A stretch of DNA of 64,000 bases from Hyphomicrobiaceae bacterium (GCA_023384095.1 JAHDXT010000007.1:26676-90675), one strand, 5' to 3'; shown: positions 37,229 through 47,038, counted from the first letter of the stretch. The notes: generated from the letters alone by a model not told the origin. A program made the numbers and translations.

Positions 37229-37618
37229 GCGCGCTCAACCTTGCTCTCGGCCGGACGAACCGGCCGGCGCGCTGCGCCAGGCCGCCTCGCGCCGCGAATC
37301 TCACGCTGGTTACCGGGCAGCGACCTCGCACACCCCGCCGGGGCTTGGCAAGTCGCGGCAGGGTCGCGCTCCAACGCCGGATGCGATGCCAGGCCCGCGC
37401 TGCTCGTGCGCCAGCGGACGCTGGCAACGGCGCACAGTCTGTCCGGAAATTTTGAGGGGTTTGGGCCGATCATGGGAGGCGAATCGAGGGCCGGGCGGGC
37501 GCAGAGCAGCGGGCCGGGATGGACGTTTGTGGGCTCCGCTGAGATAGACAGAGTGCAAAAGAGATCGAGTTCGATCTGGGTGAGCCGCAGAGCGGGTCCC
37601 GTCGCTACCCATCCCATT

Positions 37619-37710
37619 CCGTCATGGCCGCGCAGGCGGCCATCCGCGATGCCTCTCAGTGCGTGCTCGTGGAGATGTGTCACGGATTCCCGCCTCCGCG
37701 GGAATGACGG
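37619..37710. repeat. Nested-hairpin intergenic repeat, copy 2
   Basis: Same conserved arms as copy 1, with hairpins ATGGCCGC-GCAG-GCGGCCAT and ATTCCCGC-CTCC-GCGGGAAT. Confidence 0.85.
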
Positions 37711-37899
37711 TTTGAGGGGCAGGCAGTCGGTACCCGAACCTGCGTCATGAACACCCTGTTGACCGCCGCCATCAAGGACTTAAGGGCAGGTCGCCGTTCG
37801 GAAATGCAGTCTGGACACCTCGTATTCCTGGCCGTCGGACGACATGCCGTCTGCGTGCCCATCGACCGGTAGACTGGGGGCAACGGCTGGAGGTCGGTC

Positions 37900-38766
37900 C
37901 TAGCTTACCGCGATGTTATCGATGAGCCGCGTCTTGCCGAGCCAGGCGGCGACCAGAGCGCGAAGCGGCCGCTTGGATTCGTCCTCGACAGGGGCCAGCG
38001 TCCCAGCCTCGCGCAACTCCAGGTAATCGACCCGGAAGCCGGCTGCGGCGAGCCTGTCGCGACCACGGCGGGTGGCCTCTTGGATTCGGACCCCATCCAG
38101 AACGCTGGCAGCGGTCTCCAGGAGAACCTGATGGATCAGGGGCGCAAGCGCCCGCTCCTCTCCCGTCAGATAGGCATTGCGCGAGCTCATCGCGAGCCCG
38201 TCAGATTCGCGCACCGTGGGGTGACCCACGATTTCGATCGGCAGGTCGAGGTCCCGCACCACCTGCCGGATCACGCAGAGCTGCTGATAATCCTTCTCGC
38301 CGAACACGGCGAGGTCGGGCGCCACCTGCGTGAAGAGCTTGGTGCAGACGGTGGCGACGCCGACGAAGAAGCTCGGGCGATGCGCGCTTTCGAGCCCCTC
38401 CGCCGCGCCTTTCGGGACGACGCTCGTCGCGTGGCCGGTCGGGTACATCTCGGCCAGGTCCGGCGCCCAGACGAGGTCGCAATCGACGCTGGCCAGCTTT
38501 GCGCGGTCCCCTGCCTCGTCGCGAGGGTAGCGCGTGAAGTCCTCGTGCGGCGCGAACTGGGTCGGGTTGACGAAGATCGACACGACCGTGCGGCCGCTCT
38601 TCGCCTTGGCCAGCCGGACCAGTGACAGATGCCCTTCGTGCAGCGCCCCCATCGTGGGGACGAGGCCGACGCGGTCGCCGGCGCCGCGCCAGCCGCGCAC
38701 CACCTCCCGGAGCTGAGCCAGGGAGCGGACGACCTTGACCTGCCTTGGCGACACGGGCTCTCCCAT
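37900..38766 (-). CDS. panC: Pantoate--beta-alanine ligase
   Basis: LVPTMGALHEGHLSLV, SIFVNPTQF, FGEKDYQQ. Start chosen at ATG 38766 (the ORF reaches 38823). Confidence 0.9.
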   Translation of the reverse strand: MGEPVSPRQVKVVRSLAQLREVVRGWRGAGDRVGLVPTMGALHEGHLSLVRLAKAKSGRTVVSIFVNPTQFAPHEDFTRYPRDEAGDRAKLASVDCDLVWAPDLAEMYPTGHATSVVPKGAAEGLESAHRPSFFVGVATVCTKLFTQVAPDLAVFGEKDYQQLCVIRQVVRDLDLPIEIVGHPTVRESDGLAMSSRNAYLTGEERALAPLIHQVLLETAASVLDGVRIQEATRRGRDRLAAAGFRVDYLELREAGTLAPVEDESKRPLRALVAAWLGKTRLIDNIAVS

Positions 38767-38933
38767 CTCGTGCAGCGCACTTGCTGCGGCGCGCAACCTC
38801 TGTCGCCGCGCTCGTTTCGTCAAGGGTCGGCCGACAGCCCGGAGGCGGCTTTCTGGCGCGGGACGGCGTTGAGGCTCCGGCGGGCGCGATCTGCTACTAT
38901 GACAGGCTGAATCAGTGCGACAGGAGACGCGCC

Positions 38934-41900
38934 TTGGCCAACGAGCTGATCGCGGCGCATCCCGACCTCGACCCGGGCCGCATCATCCCGCCGCGCGACG
39001 AGATCGCCGGCTATCATCTCATCGAGGAAGCGCGCCTCGTGCGCGCGCTCATCGAGCGGGCGATCTATACCGAGGACGAGCGGCGGCGCATCGCCGACCT
39101 CGCCCGGCGGCTGGTGCATGCGGCGCGTGCGGGACGGCACAAGTATTCGGGCGTCGACGCCTTCATGCTGGAATACGGGCTGACCAGCGAGGAAGGCGTC
39201 ATCCTGATGTGCCTTGCCGAGGCGCTGCTGCGCATCCCGGATTCCGAGACGGCCGACCAGCTCATCGCCGAGAAGATCGGCGGCGGCCACTGGGAAAAGC
39301 ATCTCGGCCGGTCCGACAGCCTGCTCGTCAACGCCTCGACCTGGGGCCTGATGCTGACGGGCCAGATCGTCAAGCTGCGGGACGCCACAGGGGCGACGCC
39401 GACGGGCCTGCTGAAGCGCATGGTAGTGCGCTCCGGCGAGCCGGTGATCCGGCAGGCCCTGCGGCGGGCGATGCGCGTCATGGGCGACCAGTTCGTGCTC
39501 GGCCGCACCATGAAGGAGGCGCTCGACCGCGCGCGTCCCCTGGAGGCCAGGGGCTATCGGTTCTCCTACGACATGCTGGGCGAGGCGGCCAAGACCGCGC
39601 GGGACGCCGAGCGCTACCTCGAGCGCTACATGCACGCCGTCGAGGCGGCGGGGAAAGCGGCCGGCCCGCTCGCCTCCGAGCATCCGGATGCGCTGATGGC
39701 GCGGCCGAGCCTGTCGGTGAAGCTGTCGGCCATCCATCCGCGGTTCGAGCCCGGCAAGGACGCGCGGCTCGCGCGCGAGTTGTTGCCCCGCATCGTCGAG
39801 CTGGCGGCGGCGGCCCGGGCCCGCGGCATCGGTCTCACCATCGATGCGGAGGAGCAGGACCGGCTGGACCTGTCGCTCGAGCTGTTCGCCAGGGCGCTGG
39901 TCCACCCGAGGCTCGGGGGCTGGCAGGGTCTCGGCCTCGCGGTGCAGGCCTACGGCAAGCGCGCCATCCCCGTGCTGCGCTGGCTGCGCCGGCTCGCCCA
40001 GCGAACAAGCAAGCGCCTGCCTGTGCGGCTCGTCAAGGGCGCCTACTGGGACAGCGAGATCAAGTGGGCGCAGGAGCGGGGGCTGGCCGACTACCCTGTC
40101 TTCACGCGCAAACTGCACACGGACGTGTCCTATCTCGCCTGCATGCGGCTCATGCTATCGGAGCCGCAGGCGTTCTTTCCCCAGTTCGCCACCCACAACG
40201 CGCACACCGTCGCGGCGGCCTATGTCGCGGCCGGAGAGGCGCCCTATGAGTTCCAGCGCCTGCACGGCATGGGCGAGGCGCTCTACGAGGACGTGGTCGG
40301 CCCCGATCGGCTCAACCGCGCCTGCCGCGTCTACGCGCCCGTCGGCGGCCACGAGGACCTGCTCGCCTATCTGGTCCGCCGGTTGCTCGAGAACGGCGCC
40401 AACACCTCGTTCGTGAACCGCCTGGCCGACGAGGAGGCCCCCGTCGCCGAGATCATCAGGGATCCGGTCGAGGCGGCCGAGCGCGAGCGCGAGCTGCCGC
40501 GCGAGGCGCTGCCGCCCGGCCTGCCCCTGCCGCGGGACATCTTCGGTCCCGGCCGGCTGAACAGCCTCGGGTTGCCGCTCGGCGAGCCGACGGTCCGGAC
40601 GATGCTGCAATCGGAGATGGCGGCGGTCCTGGAGACGCCGTTCGCGGCCGGCCCCATCGTCGGCGGCGCCATGCCTGCGGAAGGCGAGGAGCTGATCGCC
40701 ACCTGCCCGCACGACCGCCGGCGGCAGATCGGCACCGTCCGGCAGTCCAGCCCGGAGGTCGTGGAGGAGGCCGTCGCCAGCGCCACCGCCGCGGCGCGCG
40801 ACTGGGATCTGGCCGGCGGGCCGGCGCGCGCGGAAATCCTGGAGAAAGCGGCAGACCTCCTGGAGCGGGACCGCGCGGAGCTGATGGCCGTCATCGTCGG
40901 CGAGGCCGGCAAGACGCTGGAGAACGCCCAGAGCAACATCCGGGAGGCGGTCGACTTCCTGCGGTACTATGCCGGCGAGGCGCGGCGGCTGTTCTCGGGG
41001 CCGACCGAGCTGCCCGGCCCGACCGGCGAGCGCAACACGCTGGAGCTGCGCGGGCGCGGCCCCTTCGCGTGCATCAGCCCGTGGAACTTCCCGATCGCCA
41101 TCTTCACCGGGCAGATAGCGGCGGCGCTGGCGGCGGGCAATCCCGTGCTCGCGAAGCCGGCGGAGCAGACGCCCATCACCGCCTATCTCACCACGCGCCT
41201 GCTGCACGAGGCCGGTATTCCGCCCCACGTCCTGCACCTGCTGCCGGGCGGCGGCGACATCGGTGCGCTGCTGGTCAGGGACGCCCGCGTTCGCGGCGTC
41301 GCCTTCACGGGCTCCAACGAGACGGCCTGGCTCATCCAGCGCGCCCTCGCCGACCGGCGCGGCGCCATCGTGCCGTTCATCGCCGAGACGGGCGGCATCA
41401 ACGCGATGATCGTCGATTCCAGCGCCCTGCCCGAGCAGGTCGTGCGCGATGCGGTGCGTTCCGCGTTCGACAGCGCCGGGCAGCGCTGCTCGGCGGCGCG
41501 CGTCCTCTTCGTGCAGGAGGATGTCTCTGCCCGTGTCGTCGAGATGCTGGTGGGGGCCGTCGAGGAGCTCGATCTCGGCGATCCGTTCGACTATGCGACG
41601 GACCTCGGCCCGGTCATCGACGAGGCGGCGCAGGATGCGCTCGACGCGCACAAGGTGCGCATGTACCGCGAGGCGAAGGTGCTTGCCGATCTCAGGCTGC
41701 CGGATAGCTGCAGGGCGGGCACTTATGTGACTCCGGCGGTGTTCGAGATCGACCGCATCGTCCGGCTCGAGCGCGAGGTGTTCGGGCCCATTCTGCATGT
41801 CATCCGCTATCCGCAGGGCCACCTCGACAAGGTGCTCGACGCCATCAACGAAACCGGCTTCGGCCTGACGCTGGGGCTGCACAGCCGCATTGCGGCGGTG

Positions 41901-42152
41901 GCCGATTTCGTGGCCGAGCGCGCCCGGGTCGGCAACCTCTATGTGAACCGCAACCAGATCGGTGCGGTGGTCGGCGCGCAGCCCTTCGGGGGCGAGGGTC
42001 TGTCCGGCACCGGGCCGAAGGCCGGCGGTCCCAACTACCTGCCGCGGTTCGCGACCGAGCGGGTGCGCGCCACCGACGTCACCGCGACGGGCGGCAACGT
42101 GCAGCTCCTGGGGCTCGGCCTCGACACCTCGCTCGCGACCCCGCGGCAATGA
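38934..42152 (+). CDS. putA: Bifunctional proline dehydrogenase / L-glutamate gamma-semialdehyde dehydrogenase
   Basis: PRODH barrel followed by an ALDH domain (FTGSNETAW, ETGGINAMIVD, catalytic GQRCSA). Start proposed at TTG 38934, 6 nt after AGGAGA. The ORF-track start at 38745 would overlap panC. Confidence 0.9.
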   Translation: MANELIAAHPDLDPGRIIPPRDEIAGYHLIEEARLVRALIERAIYTEDERRRIADLARRLVHAARAGRHKYSGVDAFMLEYGLTSEEGVILMCLAEALLRIPDSETADQLIAEKIGGGHWEKHLGRSDSLLVNASTWGLMLTGQIVKLRDATGATPTGLLKRMVVRSGEPVIRQALRRAMRVMGDQFVLGRTMKEALDRARPLEARGYRFSYDMLGEAAKTARDAERYLERYMHAVEAAGKAAGPLASEHPDALMARPSLSVKLSAIHPRFEPGKDARLARELLPRIVELAAAARARGIGLTIDAEEQDRLDLSLELFARALVHPRLGGWQGLGLAVQAYGKRAIPVLRWLRRLAQRTSKRLPVRLVKGAYWDSEIKWAQERGLADYPVFTRKLHTDVSYLACMRLMLSEPQAFFPQFATHNAHTVAAAYVAAGEAPYEFQRLHGMGEALYEDVVGPDRLNRACRVYAPVGGHEDLLAYLVRRLLENGANTSFVNRLADEEAPVAEIIRDPVEAAERERELPREALPPGLPLPRDIFGPGRLNSLGLPLGEPTVRTMLQSEMAAVLETPFAAGPIVGGAMPAEGEELIATCPHDRRRQIGTVRQSSPEVVEEAVASATAAARDWDLAGGPARAEILEKAADLLERDRAELMAVIVGEAGKTLENAQSNIREAVDFLRYYAGEARRLFSGPTELPGPTGERNTLELRGRGPFACISPWNFPIAIFTGQIAAALAAGNPVLAKPAEQTPITAYLTTRLLHEAGIPPHVLHLLPGGGDIGALLVRDARVRGVAFTGSNETAWLIQRALADRRGAIVPFIAETGGINAMIVDSSALPEQVVRDAVRSAFDSAGQRCSAARVLFVQEDVSARVVEMLVGAVEELDLGDPFDYATDLGPVIDEAAQDALDAHKVRMYREAKVLADLRLPDSCRAGTYVTPAVFEIDRIVRLEREVFGPILHVIRYPQGHLDKVLDAINETGFGLTLGLHSRIAAVADFVAERARVGNLYVNRNQIGAVVGAQPFGGEGLSGTGPKAGGPNYLPRFATERVRATDVTATGGNVQLLGLGLDTSLATPRQ

Positions 42153-42156
42153 CCGG

Positions 42157-43059
42157 TCAGGAGCGGGCGCGGCTGACGTTGATCGTCGCCAGTCCGAGGA
42201 TCACCAGCGCGCCGCCGGCGGCGTGATACCAGCCGAGCCGCTCGCCGACGAGCAGCATGGCCAGCACCGCCGTGTGGAGCGGGCTGAGGCTCAGCGCCGC
42301 CGAGGTGAGGATCGGCCCCGTCCGCCGGATCGCGAGATTGTAAGACAGGTACGATCCGACGCTGGCGACCAGCACCAGCGCCGAGATCCAGGCCAGCGCG
42401 TGCAGATCGAGGCTCGGCGCGCCGCCGCGGACGGTTTCGACGACCGCCACAGGCAGGGCGGCAGCCGCACCCGAGAGGCTCATGACCGCGAACAGCGCGA
42501 GCGGGCTCAGACCGGACCTCTCCTGCTTCATGGCGACGGTATAGACGGCCCAGACCGTCATGCCGGCAAGCGCCCACAAGTCGCCGGCGTTGGGCTCGAT
42601 GGCGCCGATCAGGTCAAGGCGGCCGCGGCTGATGATGGTCACGGCGCCTGCCATGCATATGCCGACCCCGGCGAGGAGGACGATGTCGGGGCGGACCCGC
42701 CGGGATGCGATCTCATAGAGGACCACGAGCGCCGTCGTGCAGGCGTAGATCAGGCTGACGTTCGTTGCCGTGCCGGCCTGGGCGCCCGCATAGGCGCTAT
42801 AGCCGCAGAAGCCCATTCCGAGCGCGCCGAGCGCCAGGATCCGCCACCAGCCGTTCCGATGCGGGCGCCAGCGCTCGTCCTTCCGTCCCGCCGCGAGCAT
42901 GGCGACGAGCACGCCTGCCGCAAGCCAGCGCACGAAGGTGAGCTGACCCGGCTCGTAGGCGCCTGTCAGCGCCCGGCCGACCACGGGGTTGAGCGCGAAC
43001 GCCGCCGGCATCAGGACCAGCAGGAGCAGGTTGAGCATGGCATCCTTGTCCGAGACCAT
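42157..43059 (-). CDS. EamA/DMT-family transporter
   Basis: 300 aa with 10 hydrophobic helices in two EamA-like halves. Confidence 0.8.
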   Translation of the reverse strand: MVSDKDAMLNLLLLVLMPAAFALNPVVGRALTGAYEPGQLTFVRWLAAGVLVAMLAAGRKDERWRPHRNGWWRILALGALGMGFCGYSAYAGAQAGTATNVSLIYACTTALVVLYEIASRRVRPDIVLLAGVGICMAGAVTIISRGRLDLIGAIEPNAGDLWALAGMTVWAVYTVAMKQERSGLSPLALFAVMSLSGAAAALPVAVVETVRGGAPSLDLHALAWISALVLVASVGSYLSYNLAIRRTGPILTSAALSLSPLHTAVLAMLLVGERLGWYHAAGGALVILGLATINVSRARS

Positions 43060-43201
43060 GCCCTCGTCGCAGACCCGGCCGAATATGGCAATGGCTCACC
43101 GGTTGTGCAGTGATTGGGGAGAGGCCACCTATCGTGAGGGTGTTTGTCCGCCTGAGCTGCGCGTGCGCGGCGCTGTGGCGGCGGGTGTCAGGGCTGGCGA
43201 G

Positions 43202-43999
43202 ATGGCGAGAGACCGCAAGGCGACGACCGGGTCCGAGACGGGGTCCGATCGGCAGCCGTTCCCGACCGACCGCTCCGGCGGCGCGCTGGACGAAAAGCGA
43301 CAGGGTCCGGTGCCGGCGGGCCGTTCCTCCGCCAGTGAGGTCGCAGCGTTCGTCGCCCGCATGAAGTCGCTCGCGCCGCAGGCGGCAGCAGGCCGCGGCC
43401 GGCTGGTCTTCGCCATGGACGCGACCATGAGCCGGCAGCCGACCTGGGACATGGCGCTGGGGCTCCAGGCCGACATGTTCAAGGCGGTCAAGGAGGTCGG
43501 CGGGCTCGATGTGCAACTCGTCTTCTTTCGCGGCGCCGGCGAGTGCCGATCGTCGAAATGGGTGTCGGACCCGGACGCGCTCGCGCGCCTGATGACGACG
43601 GTCGCGTGCCGGGGCGGCTATACCCAGATCCGCAAGGTCCTGTCGCATGCGCGGCAGGAGGGCGAGCGCAAGCGGGTCAACGCGCTGGTCTATGTCGGCG
43701 ACTGCATGGAGGAGGACGTCGACGACCTGTGCGGCCGCGCGGGCGAGCTGGCGCTGCTGGGGGTGCCGGTATTCCTGTTCCAGGAAGGGCCGGATGCCAA
43801 GGCCGAGCGCGCGTTCCGCGAGATCGCCCGGTTGACCCGGGGCGCCTATTGCCGGTTCGACCACGGCTCGGCTCAGCAGCTTCGCGATCTGCTGTCGGCG
43901 GTTGCCGTCTATGCTGCCGGCGGCCGCGCCGCGCTCGAGCGGCTCAGCAGTCAGAGTGGCGGGGGCCGCGCACGGCTGCTCCTCGAGCAGATGAAATAA
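43202..43999 (+). CDS. VWA-domain protein
   Basis: The LVFAMDATMSRQ...GGYTQI...ALVYVGDCMEEDVD pattern resembles a von Willebrand A fold with a MIDAS-like DxT/SxS motif. ATG 43202 is in frame within ORF 42989..43999. Confidence 0.7.
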   Translation: MARDRKATTGSETGSDRQPFPTDRSGGALDEKRQGPVPAGRSSASEVAAFVARMKSLAPQAAAGRGRLVFAMDATMSRQPTWDMALGLQADMFKAVKEVGGLDVQLVFFRGAGECRSSKWVSDPDALARLMTTVACRGGYTQIRKVLSHARQEGERKRVNALVYVGDCMEEDVDDLCGRAGELALLGVPVFLFQEGPDAKAERAFREIARLTRGAYCRFDHGSAQQLRDLLSAVAVYAAGGRAALERLSSQSGGGRARLLLEQMK

Positions 44000-44011
44000 G
44001 AGAAACGGGGC

Positions 44012-44710
44012 ATGCAATACTTCCTGCTCGGTCTGGCTGCGCTGTTGCTGGCGCTGTTGGCGCTGCGCGGCTTCACGCGGGTGAACGTCAGCGCCTTGGC
44101 GCGCCAGGTCCGGATCGTGACCGGGGTTGCGGCGCTCGCCTCAGCCGCGGCCCTGATGCTGCGCGGGCTGATGTCGTGGGCGATCCCGGCGGCGATGCTC
44201 GGCGTTTGGATGCTGTGGGGCGGAGGCGGCGCGCCGCTCGGGGGGCTGGGCAGCAGGTCGCCCGGCCAGACCTCGCGCATCCTGACCGATCACCTGGAGA
44301 TGGAGCTGGACCACGGCACTGGCGACATGCGCGGCCGCGTTCTCAAGGGCGAGTTCGCCGGCCGCGAGATCGAATCGATGAGCCCGGCCGAGATGGCCAT
44401 GCTCTGGCGGGACTGCCGGTTCGCCGACGTGCAATCCGCACACATCATAGAAGCCTACCTCGACCGCGCCCACCCGTCATGGCGGGAGGACATGGCGCGA
44501 GCCGGCGCCGAGCCCGGACCGGCTCCCGGCGCCGCCATGTCCCGGGAGGAGGCCTACGAGGTGCTGGGGCTGCGGCCGGGGGCGGGCGAGGAGGAGATCC
44601 GCCGCGCCCATCGCGAGCTGATGCTGAAGCTGCATCCCGACCGGGGCGGCTCGGGCTACCTCGCCGCCAAAATCAATCTCGCCAAGGACGTGCTGCTGAC
44701 GAGATCGTGA
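44012..44710 (+). CDS. Membrane-anchored J-domain protein
   Basis: Three N-terminal hydrophobic helices. C-terminal J domain [35 protein letters not shown] with an HPD motif. Confidence 0.8.
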   Translation: MQYFLLGLAALLLALLALRGFTRVNVSALARQVRIVTGVAALASAAALMLRGLMSWAIPAAMLGVWMLWGGGGAPLGGLGSRSPGQTSRILTDHLEMELDHGTGDMRGRVLKGEFAGREIESMSPAEMAMLWRDCRFADVQSAHIIEAYLDRAHPSWREDMARAGAEPGPAPGAAMSREEAYEVLGLRPGAGEEEIRRAHRELMLKLHPDRGGSGYLAAKINLAKDVLLTRS

Positions 44711-44768
44711 AATGGTGAAGTCGTGGAAATCGTGAAGTCGTGAAATGGTGAAGTCGTGAAATCGTGAG
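44705..44768 (+). repeat. Tandem octamer array (8 units of TCGTGAAR-like sequence)
   Basis: TCGTGAAA TGGTGAAG TCGTGGAAA TCGTGAAG TCGTGAAA TGGTGAAG TCGTGAAA TCGTGAG. The first unit contains the J-protein stop codon. Confidence 0.9.
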
Positions 44769-44785
44769 CCTCTTCGGACCCCGAC

Positions 44786-44802
44786 CTCACGATCTCACGA
44801 TC
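44786..44802 (+). repeat. Two inverted octamer units (CTCACGAT CTCACGATC)
   Basis: Reverse-complement orientation of the 44705-44768 units. They abut the stop codon of the convergent carboxypeptidase gene. Confidence 0.85.
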
Positions 44803-46296
44803 CTATTCCACCTTGGCGACGAAGCAATCGATCTGGCGGCGGCGAAGCTCCTGGCACGCGCTCAGGGCGGCCTGCGAGTCGAAGCCTGCGAAGCGGGCGC
44901 GGTAGAGCTGACGGCCGCCGCTCTGGACAGGCGCGGTCAGCGGAGCGGCCTCGGCGAGCAGGCCGGTGGCGCGCTCGAGGGTTGCCGCGAGCGCCTTCTC
45001 CGCCTCGGCGGCCGTCGCATAGGCGCCGACCTGGATTTGATGGCTGCCAGAGGCAGCCGGCCTCCTGATGGAGGACGGCACCGCCGCTGCGGCGGCCTTG
45101 ATCACCGGCAGTCCGGACTGCCGCGCCTGATGGGCCTGATGGGCCTCTCCGGCAAGCGAGGCGGCGTGCGCGAGCGGCGGCATCCCTCGCGCAAGGTTGT
45201 CGGCCTGCTGCTGCAGGGTCGATGGCATGAGTCCAGGGGCTGGGGACTGGGCCGGGGACGCCGGCGGCACCGTCGATACCGGCCGCACCCTGGCGATCGA
45301 GATCTTCGGCTCCGGCCAGGCGGTCCGGGCCGCGGCGCTATCCGCGGTGACGGCGTACCCGGGCGAGGACGGCGGCGGCGCTGTGCTCGGGAGGCGCTCG
45401 GCTCTTACGGGCGGCGAGGCGCGATAGAAGGCGACGGCAGCCGGCACGCGCGTCTTCGTCGTCGAGGCCTTCGGGATCGTGCGGTTCAGCAGGGCGCGCA
45501 TCTCGGCATTGCGGCTGCCAGCGGTGGTGCCGCCGAACACCGCGGCCACCACGTGACGCCGGCCGCGCCGGACCGAGCTGACGACATTGAAGCCGGACAT
45601 GCGGATGTATCCGGTCTTGAGCCCGTCCATTCCCTTGAACGTGCGGATGAGCGAATTGTGGGTCCGATAGGTGCGTCCCCTGAACGTGAATGCCCGGGTC
45701 GAGAAGAATGGGTAGAACTTCGGGAAGTCGTCCTGCAGGTGCATCGCCAGTGTCAGCATGTCCCGCGCCGTCGTGACCTGCTCCCGGTCGGGCAGACCGG
45801 ACGCGTTGCGGAACGTCGTGCTCGGCATGCCGAGCAGCCGGGCCTTCTCGGTCATCATTCGGGCGAATGCCGGCTCGCTGCCGCCGATGTGCTCGGCGAC
45901 GGCGACGGCGACGTCGTTGGCGGACTTGGTCACCAGCGCCCTGACGGCCTCGAGGGCGGTCAACTCCTCGCCCGCGTCGAGGTCGAGCTTCGATGGCGGC
46001 GCCGACGCCGCCCGCTCGGACATGCGGATCTTCGTCTCGAAGGTGAGCCGGCCCCGCTCGATCTCCTCGAAGACGAGATAGAGCGTCATCAACTTCGTCA
46101 GCGAGGCAGGGTAGCGGGGCTCGTCCGCCTTCGACTCGTGCAGCACCGCGCCGGTATTGGCGTCGATGACCATGGAGGCGCGGCGGCCGGCGGCAGCCGC
46201 CCCCGCCGATGCCGGGACCGCGAGCAGCGCCGCCAACAGCAGACACAGGGCGGCCCGAAGCAGCCGGATGGGGCTATCGGAATGGATCATCCGCAT
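44803..46296 (-). CDS. D-alanyl-D-alanine carboxypeptidase (S11 PBP) with C-terminal SPOR domain
   Basis: SxxK (PASLTK), SxN (SAND), KTG (KTGYI). Signal peptide after MRMIHS. The C-terminal IQVGAYATAAEAEKA...YRARFAGF is SPOR-like. Confidence 0.85.
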   Translation of the reverse strand: MRMIHSDSPIRLLRAALCLLLAALLAVPASAGAAAAGRRASMVIDANTGAVLHESKADEPRYPASLTKLMTLYLVFEEIERGRLTFETKIRMSERAASAPPSKLDLDAGEELTALEAVRALVTKSANDVAVAVAEHIGGSEPAFARMMTEKARLLGMPSTTFRNASGLPDREQVTTARDMLTLAMHLQDDFPKFYPFFSTRAFTFRGRTYRTHNSLIRTFKGMDGLKTGYIRMSGFNVVSSVRRGRRHVVAAVFGGTTAGSRNAEMRALLNRTIPKASTTKTRVPAAVAFYRASPPVRAERLPSTAPPPSSPGYAVTADSAAARTAWPEPKISIARVRPVSTVPPASPAQSPAPGLMPSTLQQQADNLARGMPPLAHAASLAGEAHQAHQARQSGLPVIKAAAAAVPSSIRRPAASGSHQIQVGAYATAAEAEKALAATLERATGLLAEAAPLTAPVQSGGRQLYRARFAGFDSQAALSACQELRRRQIDCFVAKVE

Positions 46297-46560
46297 CAAA
46301 AATTCACCACGCGATCTCGGCGCCGGTAGTACGCCTGTCGCAATTGCGAGCGTTGGCCCGGCTCGAGACCGCGACACCTCCACCTGCACGCCGACGTTGC
46401 TCTTTCAGCCAACCGAAACAGTGGTTTGGGGCGACTTTGCGGCGTTCAGTCCGCCGCCGAAGCCAGGGCCACGGCGGCATCGCGTCGAGCGTACCCAGGG
46501 CGAGCTAGGATCGGGTTAACGCCATGCCCGCCAGGGTTGCGGGCCAGCCGGGCATCCGAC

Positions 46561-46588
46561 TTGACGTGGAGGCTGGCAGGCGTATTTT
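46561..46588 (+). promoter_or_regulatory. Sigma-70-like promoter candidate for the phasin gene
   Basis: TTGACG (46561-46566), 16 nt, TATTTT (46583-46588), about 60 nt upstream of ATG 46647. Confidence 0.35.
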
Positions 46589-46646
46589 GTGCAGTGCGAA
46601 CTCGCGATGGTGACCCCCCGCAGCCCCTCGCAGACAGGATTGCGAC

Positions 46647-46961
46647 ATGATCAACAACGTGGACGTCCAGAAGCTCGGACAGGAGAATATGGACCGCGCG
46701 ATGCGCCTGTTCGGAGACTGGAACAAGAATTGGCAGGCTATCGCGGCCGAGCTCTCCGATTACAGCAAGCGCTCCATCGAGCAGGGGACCAAGACGGTCG
46801 AGAAGCTGATGTCGGCCAAGAGCATGGAGCAGGCGATCGAGATCCAGACGAATTACGCCAGGCGCGCTTACGACGAGTACATGCAGGAAATGACCAAGCT
46901 GGGCAGCATGTACGCCAACATCGCCAAGGAAGCCTACAAGCCGATGGAAATGCGCGACTGA
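46647..46961 (+). CDS. phaP: Phasin-family (PHA granule-associated) protein
   Basis: 104 aa, helical, with the typical alphaproteobacterial phasin N-terminus QKLGQENMDRAMRLFGDWNKNWQAIAAE. Confidence 0.8.
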   Translation: MINNVDVQKLGQENMDRAMRLFGDWNKNWQAIAAELSDYSKRSIEQGTKTVEKLMSAKSMEQAIEIQTNYARRAYDEYMQEMTKLGSMYANIAKEAYKPMEMRD

Positions 46962-47010
46962 GCTCCCCCGGGGGGGATGCAGTCCGTCAAGCTCGCGCCG
47001 GACGACAGCA

Positions 47011-47038
47011 GGGCTCGGGATTGCGCCGGGCCTTTTTT
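47011..47038 (+). terminator. Intrinsic terminator after the phasin gene
   Basis: GGGCTCGGG-ATTGCG-CCGGGCC stem-loop followed by TTTTTT. Confidence 0.6.

Noticed and set aside
38745-38933. ATG start at 38745 for putA, as in the ORF track (1135 aa).
   Set aside because: This start would overlap the divergent panC coding region, and it adds a non-conserved Arg/Ala-rich extension. TTG 38934, preceded by AGGAGA at ideal spacing, is more plausible.
44705-44802. Whether the octamer arrays here and at 62570-62798 could be a CRISPR array.
   Set aside because: The units are 8 bp and directly abutting, with no spacers. No cas genes are present. This is tandem micro-repeat structure, not CRISPR.
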